Assembly (NCBI GenBank): GCA_965222375.1
Contig: CBDCTZ010000016.1
Coordinates: forward strand, 256,001-320,000
DNA: 64,000 nucleotides
Origin: Polyangiaceae bacterium
GTDB taxonomy: Bacteria; Myxococcota_A; Polyangia; Polyangiales; Polyangiaceae
Direction: 5' to 3'
A program made the position numbers and the translations under genes. This document shows positions 37,420 through 46,717 of the stretch, piece by piece (the first letter of the stretch is position 1; each line of letters begins with the position of its first letter). Under the pieces are notes generated by a model. The model made no database searches. It worked only from the letters and a program-made list of their open reading frames with translations, and was not told the origin of the DNA.

Positions 37420-39123
37420 ATGGTACAAGACGCCATGGTCCAGGCCGGCGCCATTGACGAGCGGATTTCCGCGCTCGAAGCCATGTGCCGCGACGCCGCT
37501 CGTTCCAAAGAGGCGCAGCGCGAGCTACTCGAGCTCCGGCGCGCGTTTCGCCGCAACGCGCAGGCCTTCAACGATGGGCATATCGGCGTGCTCCGGGATG
37601 TGGCGACCCAGGTTGGGGAGCATCACCAGGTCGAGGCGGCTCGAGTGCTCCGGGAGGTCTTTGGCTACCCAGATTTTCGGCGCGGGCAGCGGGAGATCAT
37701 CAAAGCAGTGCTTTCCGGCCGGGATTGCCTGGGCATCATGCCTACGGGAGCGGGCAAGTCGATCACGTTTCAGATCCCTGCGCGGGTGCTCGGCGGGGTG
37801 ACGCTGGTGGTGTCCCCGCTGATCGCTCTGATGAAGGACCAAGTGGATGCGCTCAACGAGGTGGGGCTCTCTGCCACCTATTTGAACTCCTCCGTGCCCC
37901 TGGAGGAGCGAGAAGAACGCGCCGCGCGCATCCGCGCTGGCGAGTTCGAGCTCGTCTACGTTGCACCGGAAGGCTTGCTCGCCTCCGCCGGGCGCACCTT
38001 GGAGGGCATGCACATTTCGCTCATCGCCGTGGACGAGGCGCACTGCATTAGCCAGTGGGGTCATGATTTCCGTCCCGCCTACCGCGCCCTTGCAGGGCTC
38101 AAGCGGCGCCACGCTGACGTTCCCATCTTGGCGCTCACCGCGACGGCCACGGAAGAGGTCACCGAGGACATCGTGGCGCAGCTGGCCATGAAGAACCCCA
38201 CTTTGTTCCGGGGCAGTTTCTTCCGCGAGAACCTCAAGCTGTTTGCGATTCGCAAGGGCAGTAAGGACTCCGGGCGGCGCATCCCGGGGGTCGGTAAGGC
38301 GATCACGAGTTTCGTTCAATCCCGTCCCGGGCAAAGCGGCATCGTGTACTGCCTATCCCGCAAGTCCACCGAGAAGACGGCGGAGCTTCTGTGCGGGGCG
38401 GGGGTGCGCGCGGCGGCCTATCACGCGGGCCTCGAGCCCGAAGAACGCACCCGGGTGCAGGACGCTTTCCGCGCTGACGACGTCGACGTCGTGGTCGCTA
38501 CGATTGCCTTCGGCATGGGGATCGACAAGCCGGACGTACGTTTCATCGTGCATCGAGACCTGCCGCGCTCCATCGAGGGCTACTACCAAGAGATCGGTCG
38601 AGCGGGCCGTGATGGCCTCGAGAGCGAGTGCGTGCTGTTCTACTCGTTCTCCGAGGTCATGACCTACGACCGCTTTGCGGACGAGGCTTCGGAAGAGCAG
38701 GCGCTGCGCACGAGCCGAATGGTTCGGGAGATGTTCGAATTCGCCGAATCTCGCAGCTGCCGGCACCGTGCGCTGGCCGCTTGGTTTGGCGAAGACATCG
38801 ACCCCTGCGACCGCTCCTGTGACGCGTGCTCGCCGGCAAACGTGCTTGGAACCCTGATCTCGCGACCCGTACCCCGGCGCGCCGTGGCGGAGCTCGTGGA
38901 CGGCGCGGACGAGGAGCTTTTTTCCGCGCTCAAGGCTCTTCGCCGGGATTTGGCGAAGGCCAAACGAGTCCCGGCGTACGTGGTCTTCAACGATCGCACC
39001 CTACTCGAGATGGCAACGCGTCGCCCACGAAGCCTGGAAGAAATGGCGGGGGTGCCCGGGGTGGGGCCGAAGAAGTTGTCGGCCTACGGCGAAGCCTTCC
39101 TCGAAGTGTTGAAGGACGTTTGA
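37420..39123 (+). CDS. recQ: RecQ-family DNA helicase with HRDC domain
   Basis: [47 protein letters not shown], Zn cluster, PAYVVF.DRTL HRDC; alternative start 37435. Confidence 0.92.
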   Translation: MVQDAMVQAGAIDERISALEAMCRDAARSKEAQRELLELRRAFRRNAQAFNDGHIGVLRDVATQVGEHHQVEAARVLREVFGYPDFRRGQREIIKAVLSGRDCLGIMPTGAGKSITFQIPARVLGGVTLVVSPLIALMKDQVDALNEVGLSATYLNSSVPLEEREERAARIRAGEFELVYVAPEGLLASAGRTLEGMHISLIAVDEAHCISQWGHDFRPAYRALAGLKRRHADVPILALTATATEEVTEDIVAQLAMKNPTLFRGSFFRENLKLFAIRKGSKDSGRRIPGVGKAITSFVQSRPGQSGIVYCLSRKSTEKTAELLCGAGVRAAAYHAGLEPEERTRVQDAFRADDVDVVVATIAFGMGIDKPDVRFIVHRDLPRSIEGYYQEIGRAGRDGLESECVLFYSFSEVMTYDRFADEASEEQALRTSRMVREMFEFAESRSCRHRALAAWFGEDIDPCDRSCDACSPANVLGTLISRPVPRRAVAELVDGADEELFSALKALRRDLAKAKRVPAYVVFNDRTLLEMATRRPRSLEEMAGVPGVGPKKLSAYGEAFLEVLKDV

Positions 39124-39280
39124 GCTCATCGCGGCTGAAGAACGCCTGAGCGCGCGGTGAGCGAGGGGTCGGGCACCCTGCCTGTGCTTGGGCAAACATT
39201 CCAATGCGCGGGCTTTTGGCCGTGCATCGACGGCCCTTTTGCGAGCAAGCGTCCTCGGGGTAGTTTCTGCGTCACTGCAA

Positions 39281-41386
39281 ATGCGGATCTGGCCGGGACA
39301 TCCCAATCCCCTCGGTGCGACCTGGGACGGAGAGGGCGTCAATTTCGCCGTGTTCTCCCATGGTGCTGACGCCGTGCAACTGTGCTTGTTCGACGCCAAT
39401 GGAGGCGAGCGGCGCATCGATATGCACGAGCGGGATGCGCGGATCTTTCACTGCTACCTACCCGACGTTCGTCCCGGCCAGCAGTACGGTTACCGCGCCC
39501 ATGGCCCCTGGGACCCCGAGCGCGGCAAGCGATTCAATCCGAACAAGCTTCTGATCGATCCCTACGCCAAAGCCATCAGCGGGGGCGTCGAGTGGAGCGA
39601 CGCGCTCTTCGGCTACCTGGTGGGGCACGACGCCACGGACTTGGTAATGTCCGAAACCGATAGCGCTGCCTTCCTGCCAAAGAGCGTGGTCGTCGATGCT
39701 GCATTCACTTGGGGGGACGACCGAGCGCCGCATACGCCCTGGACACGCACGTTGATCTACGAGTGCCACGTGAAAGGGATGACCGCGCGCCACCCCGATG
39801 TGCCCCAAGCGCAACGCGGCACCTATCTGGGGCTCGCATCGGATCCCATCCTGGATCACCTGTTGGCCCTCGGTGTCACTGCAGTTCAGCTATTGCCTGT
39901 GCACCACTTCGTTTCCGAGCATCGCCTCAGCCAACTCGGGCTTTCGAACTACTGGGGCTACAACAGCATTGGCTTCTTTGCCCCAGATCCCAGGTACGCC
40001 AGCAACAGCCTCGGTGGGCAGGTGGACGAATTCAAGACCATGGTGAAGGCGTTTCACCGGGTAGGGATCGAGGTCTTGCTCGACGTGGTTTACAACCACA
40101 CAGCCGAGGGAAACCACTTGGGGCCGACCCTGTGTTTCCGCGGCATCGACAATCGGGCCTACTACCGCCTAAGCGCTGGCGAAGAGCGCTACTGCCAGGA
40201 CTTCACGGGCTGTGGCAACACCTTGAACGTGCCGCACCCGCGAGTGCTTCAGCTTGTGTTGGATAGCCTCAGGTACTGGGTCAGCGAGATGCACGTGGAT
40301 GGCTTCCGCTTCGACTTGGCGCCGGCGCTGGCACGAGATCCCGAGGAGTTTTCCAGTTTTTCGCGCTTCTTCGCCACGATCCAACAAGACCCCATCCTGG
40401 GACGCTCGAAACTCATTGCGGAGCCCTGGGACGTGGGGTCCGGCGGTTACCAGTTGGGAGCGTTTCCTCCGGGCTGGGCGGAGTGGAACGGACGCTACCG
40501 GGATGCGATTCGCAGATTCTGGAGAGGCGACGAAGCTCAAGTTCCGGTGCTGGCCTCTCGCTTGAGCGGGTCCAGCGATATCTTTCAGGGCAGCGACCGA
40601 GGCCCCTACGCCAGCGTGAACTTCATTACCTGCCATGATGGCTTCAGCTTGCGCGATCTGGTCACCTATGAAGAGAAGCACAACGAGGCCAACGGTGAAG
40701 AAAACCGCGACGGCCACGACGACAACGCGAGTCGGAACTGGGGAGTCGAAGGGCCAAGTGATGCGCCTCAGGTGCTGCGGCATCGCGAACGGCTGCTGAA
40801 GAACTTCTTCGCAACCCTGGCGTTCTCCCAGGGTGTACCGATGATTTCTCACGGCGACGAGATCGGCAGAACTCAACACGGCAACAACAACGCCTATTGC
40901 CAGGACAACGAGACGACCTGGCTCGACTGGGATCTCGACGCGAAGGCGCAGGAGCTGCTGTCCTTCGCACGCAGAGTGTTCCAGCTCCGGTCGAACAACC
41001 CAGTGTTTCGTCGCCGCAAGTTCTTCGCCGGGGATCCTGCCGCAGACACCGGTGTCAAAGACGTGCAATGGCTGCGGCCCGATGGTCGTGAGCTGGGCGA
41101 TGACGACTGGCAGAACCCTCAGCTTCGGGTGCTCGGCATGTTGATCCACGGCCAGTCTTCGGACGAGTTGGACGAGCGGGGTCGTCCCAACCGCGGCAAT
41201 ACGTTGTTGCTTTGGTTCAATGCCGGCGCCCGGGCTCGCCAAGCCAAGCTACCCGCCATGCCCAGCAGCGGCACTTGGCACGAGATCGTCAATACCGCGC
41301 AACAGTCCCACGACGTCCCCCGTGGGCGGGAGATCTCCGTGGCGCCGCATTCGCTCGTGCTGCTTTCCTACGATCCACAGGGCTAG
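39281..41386 (+). CDS. glgX: glycogen debranching enzyme (isoamylase)
   Basis: PLGATWDG, NYWGY, DVVYNHTAEG, DGFRFDLA, IAEPWD, HDGF, GNNNAYCQDN. Confidence 0.96.
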   Translation: MRIWPGHPNPLGATWDGEGVNFAVFSHGADAVQLCLFDANGGERRIDMHERDARIFHCYLPDVRPGQQYGYRAHGPWDPERGKRFNPNKLLIDPYAKAISGGVEWSDALFGYLVGHDATDLVMSETDSAAFLPKSVVVDAAFTWGDDRAPHTPWTRTLIYECHVKGMTARHPDVPQAQRGTYLGLASDPILDHLLALGVTAVQLLPVHHFVSEHRLSQLGLSNYWGYNSIGFFAPDPRYASNSLGGQVDEFKTMVKAFHRVGIEVLLDVVYNHTAEGNHLGPTLCFRGIDNRAYYRLSAGEERYCQDFTGCGNTLNVPHPRVLQLVLDSLRYWVSEMHVDGFRFDLAPALARDPEEFSSFSRFFATIQQDPILGRSKLIAEPWDVGSGGYQLGAFPPGWAEWNGRYRDAIRRFWRGDEAQVPVLASRLSGSSDIFQGSDRGPYASVNFITCHDGFSLRDLVTYEEKHNEANGEENRDGHDDNASRNWGVEGPSDAPQVLRHRERLLKNFFATLAFSQGVPMISHGDEIGRTQHGNNNAYCQDNETTWLDWDLDAKAQELLSFARRVFQLRSNNPVFRRRKFFAGDPAADTGVKDVQWLRPDGRELGDDDWQNPQLRVLGMLIHGQSSDELDERGRPNRGNTLLLWFNAGARARQAKLPAMPSSGTWHEIVNTAQQSHDVPRGREISVAPHSLVLLSYDPQG

Positions 41387-41387
41387 G

Positions 41388-42368
41388 CTAGAATCGGTGC
41401 AAGTAGCTCGCGCCCGTGGGTGACAGGTAGAGCCCTTGGGCGGGTTTGCCGCCCCTGCCCGACCAATCGACGAAAAAGACTCCTATCGCGGCCGTGGCCA
41501 CGCCCGCCACGGCCGTGGCGCCTAGCAGGATGTTGGTACGGGTTTCCTTCGCGTGGCCGTCCTCAACTCGGCTGTCGGCTTGCGCTTGGGTCAACATCGG
41601 TAAGTCGCTTTCGTACTCGTCGAAGGCGCTCTGGGTGTCCAGGGCGCTCCAGACTGTAACGCCGCCCAAAACGACCGTTGCACCTGCGCTCACGTAGAAC
41701 CACAAGGGGTTTAGGGGCTTGTCACTCCCGCTGCTGGCGCCGCCATCACCCTCGGCGCCGCCGGTAGCAAGGGATCCGGCGCTCCCGCCCGTTCCGCCTC
41801 CGCCCACGAGAATCTCACGAGATTGTTGAACGTTGAGGCGCAGGGTCTCTCCGGGTCGCACATCGATCCCTCTTGCGAGAGCCTGCTTACCGTCGATCAG
41901 GACGCGCACTTGATGGCGACCTGGGTTGACGGCGGCGGCCGGGGGGTCGCCCTGATGGGCCACGTCGTCGACGAACAGTTGGATGTTCTCACCCGCCGCG
42001 TCCACAACCACGCGAGCCACGTTGCGATTCGCTTGCTCGCGCTCCGCCTGGACTTTGGGCTTCAGTTTTTCCGGGGTTTGCGGGTCGGCAAGGACTTGGT
42101 CCAAATGCACGAGCGCTTCCGCTGGTTTGCCTTGGCGCGCTTCTGCCAAGGCCCAATTGAACAACACGACCGGGTGGGCGCGATGCCCGTGTGCGCGCTC
42201 GAAGTGGGTGGCTGCCAGATCAAAGTTACCCGCCTGGTACGCTCTGATACCCGCTTCGAATTCCTGTTTGCCACACTCGGCCGGTGTGCCTTCACACGGC
42301 GGTGCTTGCGCGTGCGCCACATCCGCCATTGCGACGAGAGCGGCTAGAGCAAACCCGACACGGCGCAT
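41388..42368 (-). CDS. secreted TPR + PEGA-like domain protein with hydrophobic C-terminus
   Basis: AHA-Q signal; FEAG..AY.AG.F..A..HFERA, VLFNWA TPR; follows kinase gene. Confidence 0.7.
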   Translation of the reverse strand: MRRVGFALAALVAMADVAHAQAPPCEGTPAECGKQEFEAGIRAYQAGNFDLAATHFERAHGHRAHPVVLFNWALAEARQGKPAEALVHLDQVLADPQTPEKLKPKVQAEREQANRNVARVVVDAAGENIQLFVDDVAHQGDPPAAAVNPGRHQVRVLIDGKQALARGIDVRPGETLRLNVQQSREILVGGGGTGGSAGSLATGGAEGDGGASSGSDKPLNPLWFYVSAGATVVLGGVTVWSALDTQSAFDEYESDLPMLTQAQADSRVEDGHAKETRTNILLGATAVAGVATAAIGVFFVDWSGRGGKPAQGLYLSPTGASYLHRF

Positions 42369-42440
42369 GGCCGCGGAGGATAGCGCAGCTTTTCGATCCA
42401 CGCCCAGCATCACGCCAAATCGCGCGGTTCAGCGGCGACT

Positions 42441-43979
42441 CTAGAACGGGTAGTCCGTCACCAGATTGCCGGGTTTCTGTGGCTTCGGGCCCGGCCTAGG
42501 CCCTCCGCTGGCCGGCTTTGGCTTGGGGGTGCTCGCGGAAGGCGCTGGCTTTGGCTTGTCCGTCAATGGGATGACGACGCTCCGATCCTTGTCGGGCACG
42601 ACTTTGAGTTCTGCGGGGGCCTTGCCCTCGGCAGTCACCCGGATGGATACGGGCGTGGCGCTTCGCAGTATTTCGGTTCGCGCGGGGTTCCCCGTCGCAC
42701 GCTTGCCGTCGATTTCGATGATCGCGTCCATGGGCGGTTGCACCGTGACTTCGATGCTCACGGACGTGGCAATTGGAGCTGCAGTCGCCGCCGATGGCAT
42801 GGGCTCCGGCGCCGGCGCTTGGGGGCGCGTCAGGGCCCAGGTCGTGACTCCAGCCAAAACGACGACTGCTGCGATGCCCGCTGTGACCAATCTGCGTTTC
42901 GCGCCGCTCGCGGCCATGGTTGACGTGTCGTCTCCTGCGAGCGCTACCGCCCCGTCATCGGAATCTTCCGCGTCACGCAGCTTCTCGATGGCCTCGTTCT
43001 GCCGTTTGCGATCAGCCTCGAAGGTTTGGCGCAGGAGCACACTAAGCTTCTCCCTCAGGTCGACGTTGGGTGCTGCCCTGCGCAGGAAGGCGTCTAGGTC
43101 GTCCCGAAAGGGCGCGCCGCTCGGGTATCGCACTTCAGGCTTGCTCGCGAGGGCACGCTTCAGGCACAGCGCGAGTTCCGTCGGGAAGTCTGGAATGCGC
43201 GTCCGCGGGTCGGGTACGTCCTCGAACAAGAGCTGGTGCAGTGTGTCCGTGTCGTCTTTTCCTGCGAAGAGCCGAGCTCCAATGGCGCACTCGTAGAGGG
43301 TGGCGCCGAGTGCGAATAGGTCGACGCGATGGTCGAACTCGGAGCCCAAGACTTGCTCCGGCGCCATGTAGCTGAACTTGCCCTTGATCTTGCCCAGGGT
43401 GGTCTGAGCCAAGCGACCCGCAGCGCGCGCGATGCCGAAGTCGATGATCTTCACCGCGCCATCGTAGGTGATGAAGATGTTCTGAGGGCTGATGTCTCGG
43501 TGCACGAGCCCCACCGGTTTTCCTTCGTCATCCTTCAAGTCGTGTGCATACGCCAAGCCGTCTGCTACTTGGGAGCCCACCCACGCGACAATCTCCGGTG
43601 GGAGCCGCTTGCCTTCGTCTGCAAGGCGATACACGAGCTTGGACAAGGGTTGACCGTCCAGGTACTCGATAGCCAAGAACAGCGTATGGCCCTCGCGGCC
43701 GAGCTCGTGCACTTGCACGATATTCGAATGGTTGAGGCGAACGAGCAGGTTGGCCTCGTCGAGGAACTGACTGATGAACTCGCGCTCCTCGGAGAGATGA
43801 TCATGAACGACCTTCAGGGCGACCAAGCGCTCGAAGCTATGGGGTCCGGCTAGCCGGGCCAGATACACGGAGGCCGTCCCGCCCGCCCCCAAGCGCGGTC
43901 CAACCTGATAGCGACCCAGCCGCGTCCCCGCGAGCCTGCGGCGCGCGTTGAAATCGGTGAGGTGCTCCGCCGTGTTCAC
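42441..43979 (-). CDS. membrane Ser/Thr protein kinase
   Basis: GAGGTASVY, VALK, HRDISPQN, DFGIA, GKFSYMAPEQ; one TM. Confidence 0.95.
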   Translation of the reverse strand: MNTAEHLTDFNARRRLAGTRLGRYQVGPRLGAGGTASVYLARLAGPHSFERLVALKVVHDHLSEEREFISQFLDEANLLVRLNHSNIVQVHELGREGHTLFLAIEYLDGQPLSKLVYRLADEGKRLPPEIVAWVGSQVADGLAYAHDLKDDEGKPVGLVHRDISPQNIFITYDGAVKIIDFGIARAAGRLAQTTLGKIKGKFSYMAPEQVLGSEFDHRVDLFALGATLYECAIGARLFAGKDDTDTLHQLLFEDVPDPRTRIPDFPTELALCLKRALASKPEVRYPSGAPFRDDLDAFLRRAAPNVDLREKLSVLLRQTFEADRKRQNEAIEKLRDAEDSDDGAVALAGDDTSTMAASGAKRRLVTAGIAAVVVLAGVTTWALTRPQAPAPEPMPSAATAAPIATSVSIEVTVQPPMDAIIEIDGKRATGNPARTEILRSATPVSIRVTAEGKAPAELKVVPDKDRSVVIPLTDKPKPAPSASTPKPKPASGGPRPGPKPQKPGNLVTDYPF

Positions 43980-43983
43980 AGCT

Positions 43984-44934
43984 CTATCGCACGGGTATTT
44001 TCAGAATCCGCTCTGCCGCCGTGATTTCGTCGGGTGAAAACTCGTGTGCCTCTCGCAGGGCCGCCTTGTAGAAGGCCAGTTTCTGGCGATCGAAGTTCTG
44101 CACCTGAGGACCCATGCTCTCCAGCAGTTGGACGGCCTTGAGGGGCAAAGGTTTTCGGGCGTGAGAAAAAAGCTCCACGGCGAGGGTGGCCCAACTGCCA
44201 TCTTTGCTGATGTCCGTGAGCTTCATCGCGTAGATGCCCGCGGTCTCCAAGGTGTTGGCGGGCACCGTCCGCCCGCGTTGCACTTTGTTCAGTAGATCCC
44301 GCAAGTGATCCCCCAGCAGGCGCACTGCGGCGTCCCCTCGGCCCATGCTGATCATCCGGTCGGCCAAGCGCGCCATGGTGGCCAGGCCATCCATCTTCTC
44401 CGTGCGCAGGGTTTCGTCGGCGTTGTCGTCGAAACTGCCAGCTTCCGGCGAAGCGGCGATCTCGAGGGTCGGAGCCGGCAGCACGACCGGGATGTCCTCT
44501 TCGGTCATTGGTACGCGCGGCTGCGTCGGTTTGGGGGCCGGTGGTGGCGGAGCCGGTGGTTTCGTCTCGCGTTCGGCGACGTGGTCGACCACCTGAACGA
44601 TCAACTCGTTGGTACCGACGATAACGCGATCCCCGTTTTTGAGCGCAATCGCGCCACTGGCTGGTGCCTCGTTGACCAAGACGCCATTCGCGCTCCCGAG
44701 ATCCTCGACAAAAAGCGAATCCCGCGAGACGAAGAAGCGAGCATGTCTGCGGGAAATCAGCATGTCATCGACCACCAAGTCGCAGGAACGGCTGCGTCCG
44801 ACGACGAACTCGCCCCGGGGCATCAGGATTTCGCGGTCTTTTAGACGGAGCACGAAGAAGCGCGACTCCTTCGAATCGCGGGAGGCGCCCCTCTGATGGT
44901 TGTGCTCGGGCCAGGTGACAGGTGTATCTCGCAC
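43984..44934 (-). CDS. FHA domain protein
   Basis: VGRS..CD, ISRRHA, EDLGSANG..VN. Confidence 0.9.
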   Translation of the reverse strand: MRDTPVTWPEHNHQRGASRDSKESRFFVLRLKDREILMPRGEFVVGRSRSCDLVVDDMLISRRHARFFVSRDSLFVEDLGSANGVLVNEAPASGAIALKNGDRVIVGTNELIVQVVDHVAERETKPPAPPPPAPKPTQPRVPMTEEDIPVVLPAPTLEIAASPEAGSFDDNADETLRTEKMDGLATMARLADRMISMGRGDAAVRLLGDHLRDLLNKVQRGRTVPANTLETAGIYAMKLTDISKDGSWATLAVELFSHARKPLPLKAVQLLESMGPQVQNFDRQKLAFYKAALREAHEFSPDEITAAERILKIPVR

Positions 44935-45100
44935 GCACCAAAACTATAGTGTTTTAGAGGCTGCGGGTCGACGTTTTGCGGCTTCTTCAGGGTCTCCTCG
45001 CGATGGCGCCAATGTAGATGATCTGCCTACCTCTCAAGCCTGGGCGGCGATGGTCGTTCCTATGGACAATCCGCCGGGGCAAGGAAGTGGGGCAGGAACG

Positions 45101-46609
45101 ATGACGAAAGATCCGCAGGAAAAGCGCTCTCCGCTGGCCATCATGGCGGCGCGCATCGTCGAGCAGAGCCTGCGCGAGGACGCATCCGTTCAGCAGCTCG
45201 CGCAGCTTGCCACGGCAGATCCGGCCTTTGCCGTGCGCGTGCTTTCCGTCGTGAACAGCGCCGCCCTGGGCGTGCCGCGCGACGTCAGCGATGTGGGACA
45301 GGCGGCCTCCATGTTGGGAGTCCGGGGATTGCGCAACATCGGTCTGTCTCTGGCAGTATCGGACATGGTTCCCCTCGGCAAAGATGGTGACGACCTGCTT
45401 GCGATTTGTCTGCGTAGAGCCGTGGCCGCTCGCATGATCGCTGAGGGGCTAGGTGAGCACTACACGGACGAACATTTCACAGTGGGCCTGTTCTTAGAAG
45501 TTGGTGTGCTGTCCTACGCCCGGGCGGACGTGTCCAGAGCCGGCGACATCGCGCGCCGCCCTGCGGCGTACCGCACGCTCTTCGAGCGCGCAGAGGAGCT
45601 GGACCCGCATGATGTTGCCGGCGCCACCATCGCCGCCGAATTCCACTTGCCCAAGTCCACGATTGCGGCGATTCGCCATCATCACGATACAGGGTGCCCG
45701 AAAGATCGCACCGCCCAGATTGCCTGGGCGGCCGAGCGCTTTGCCGGCGCCTTCGAAGGTGGCGACGTCGTCAGCTCCCGCGCCCAGGCGGAGCAAGCCG
45801 CGGTCCGCGTCGGACTCTCTGCCGTGGATGCGGATGCCATCCTCCACGCAATTCCCGAGCAACTGATTTCGGCCGCGCACGGCTTTAATCGCGAGGTCGG
45901 GCCGCAACCGGATTTGGACGTCTTGGCGGCAGATGCTCAACGCTCCTTGTTCGAGTTGAACATGCAATACGAAGGCGTGGTGCGGCGCCTCGAGGTGTTG
46001 ATCGTCGAAAAGGAGAAACTGACTTCCGAGCTGGAAGCCGCCAATGAGAAGCTACAGGCACTAGCGATCACGGATGGCCTCACTGGCATGCTCAACAAGC
46101 GGGCCTTCGAAGACGCGCTGACTCGTGACCTTGCCCGCGCAGAACGGGAAGGCAGCCATCTCAGTCTGATTGTCGTCGACGTCGACCACTTCAAGAAGTT
46201 CAACGACACCTATGGTCATCAGACCGGCGACGACGTGCTCAAAGTGGTGGCGAAGGTACTGAAGGAGAAGGTCCGGACCGGGGATGTGCCGGCGCGCTAC
46301 GGCGGCGAAGAGTTCGTCGTGCTTTTGCCCGCCACGGAGCCCGACGGAGCCGGCGTGGTCGCCGAGCGGCTGAGGCAGGCCTTGGAATCTGAACTCATCC
46401 CGTCCGAGCAGGGCGACCTGCGAGTCACGGCGAGCTTCGGGGTTGCTACATTGCGCCAACCGGGCACTCGCGACGGAGCGCGCCTATTTGCCCTGGCGGA
46501 CGAGGCTCTATACGCGGCGAAACGCGCAGGGCGCAATCGGGTGAAACTGAACGTCCCGGACGAGGCGGTCGAAGCCACAGCGTCGGCACCCATGGCGGTC
46601 ACTGGCTGA
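45101..46609 (+). CDS. HDOD-coiled coil-GGDEF diguanylate cyclase
   Basis: ADPAFAVRVLSVVNS (HDOD); DGLTG, DVDHFKKFNDTYGH, RTGD I-site, RYGGEEF; alternative start 45062. Confidence 0.92.
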   Translation: MTKDPQEKRSPLAIMAARIVEQSLREDASVQQLAQLATADPAFAVRVLSVVNSAALGVPRDVSDVGQAASMLGVRGLRNIGLSLAVSDMVPLGKDGDDLLAICLRRAVAARMIAEGLGEHYTDEHFTVGLFLEVGVLSYARADVSRAGDIARRPAAYRTLFERAEELDPHDVAGATIAAEFHLPKSTIAAIRHHHDTGCPKDRTAQIAWAAERFAGAFEGGDVVSSRAQAEQAAVRVGLSAVDADAILHAIPEQLISAAHGFNREVGPQPDLDVLAADAQRSLFELNMQYEGVVRRLEVLIVEKEKLTSELEAANEKLQALAITDGLTGMLNKRAFEDALTRDLARAEREGSHLSLIVVDVDHFKKFNDTYGHQTGDDVLKVVAKVLKEKVRTGDVPARYGGEEFVVLLPATEPDGAGVVAERLRQALESELIPSEQGDLRVTASFGVATLRQPGTRDGARLFALADEALYAAKRAGRNRVKLNVPDEAVEATASAPMAVTG

Positions 46610-46717
46610 ATTGCCATGGCGGCAGCGCCGTTCCAGGGGAATGCTCAGCGAAAACTGCGCTTGCAATAGTAGTGCACACGCCGGGCGGCAGCCGCTATCG
46701 TCGCGCCGAACTGCCCC

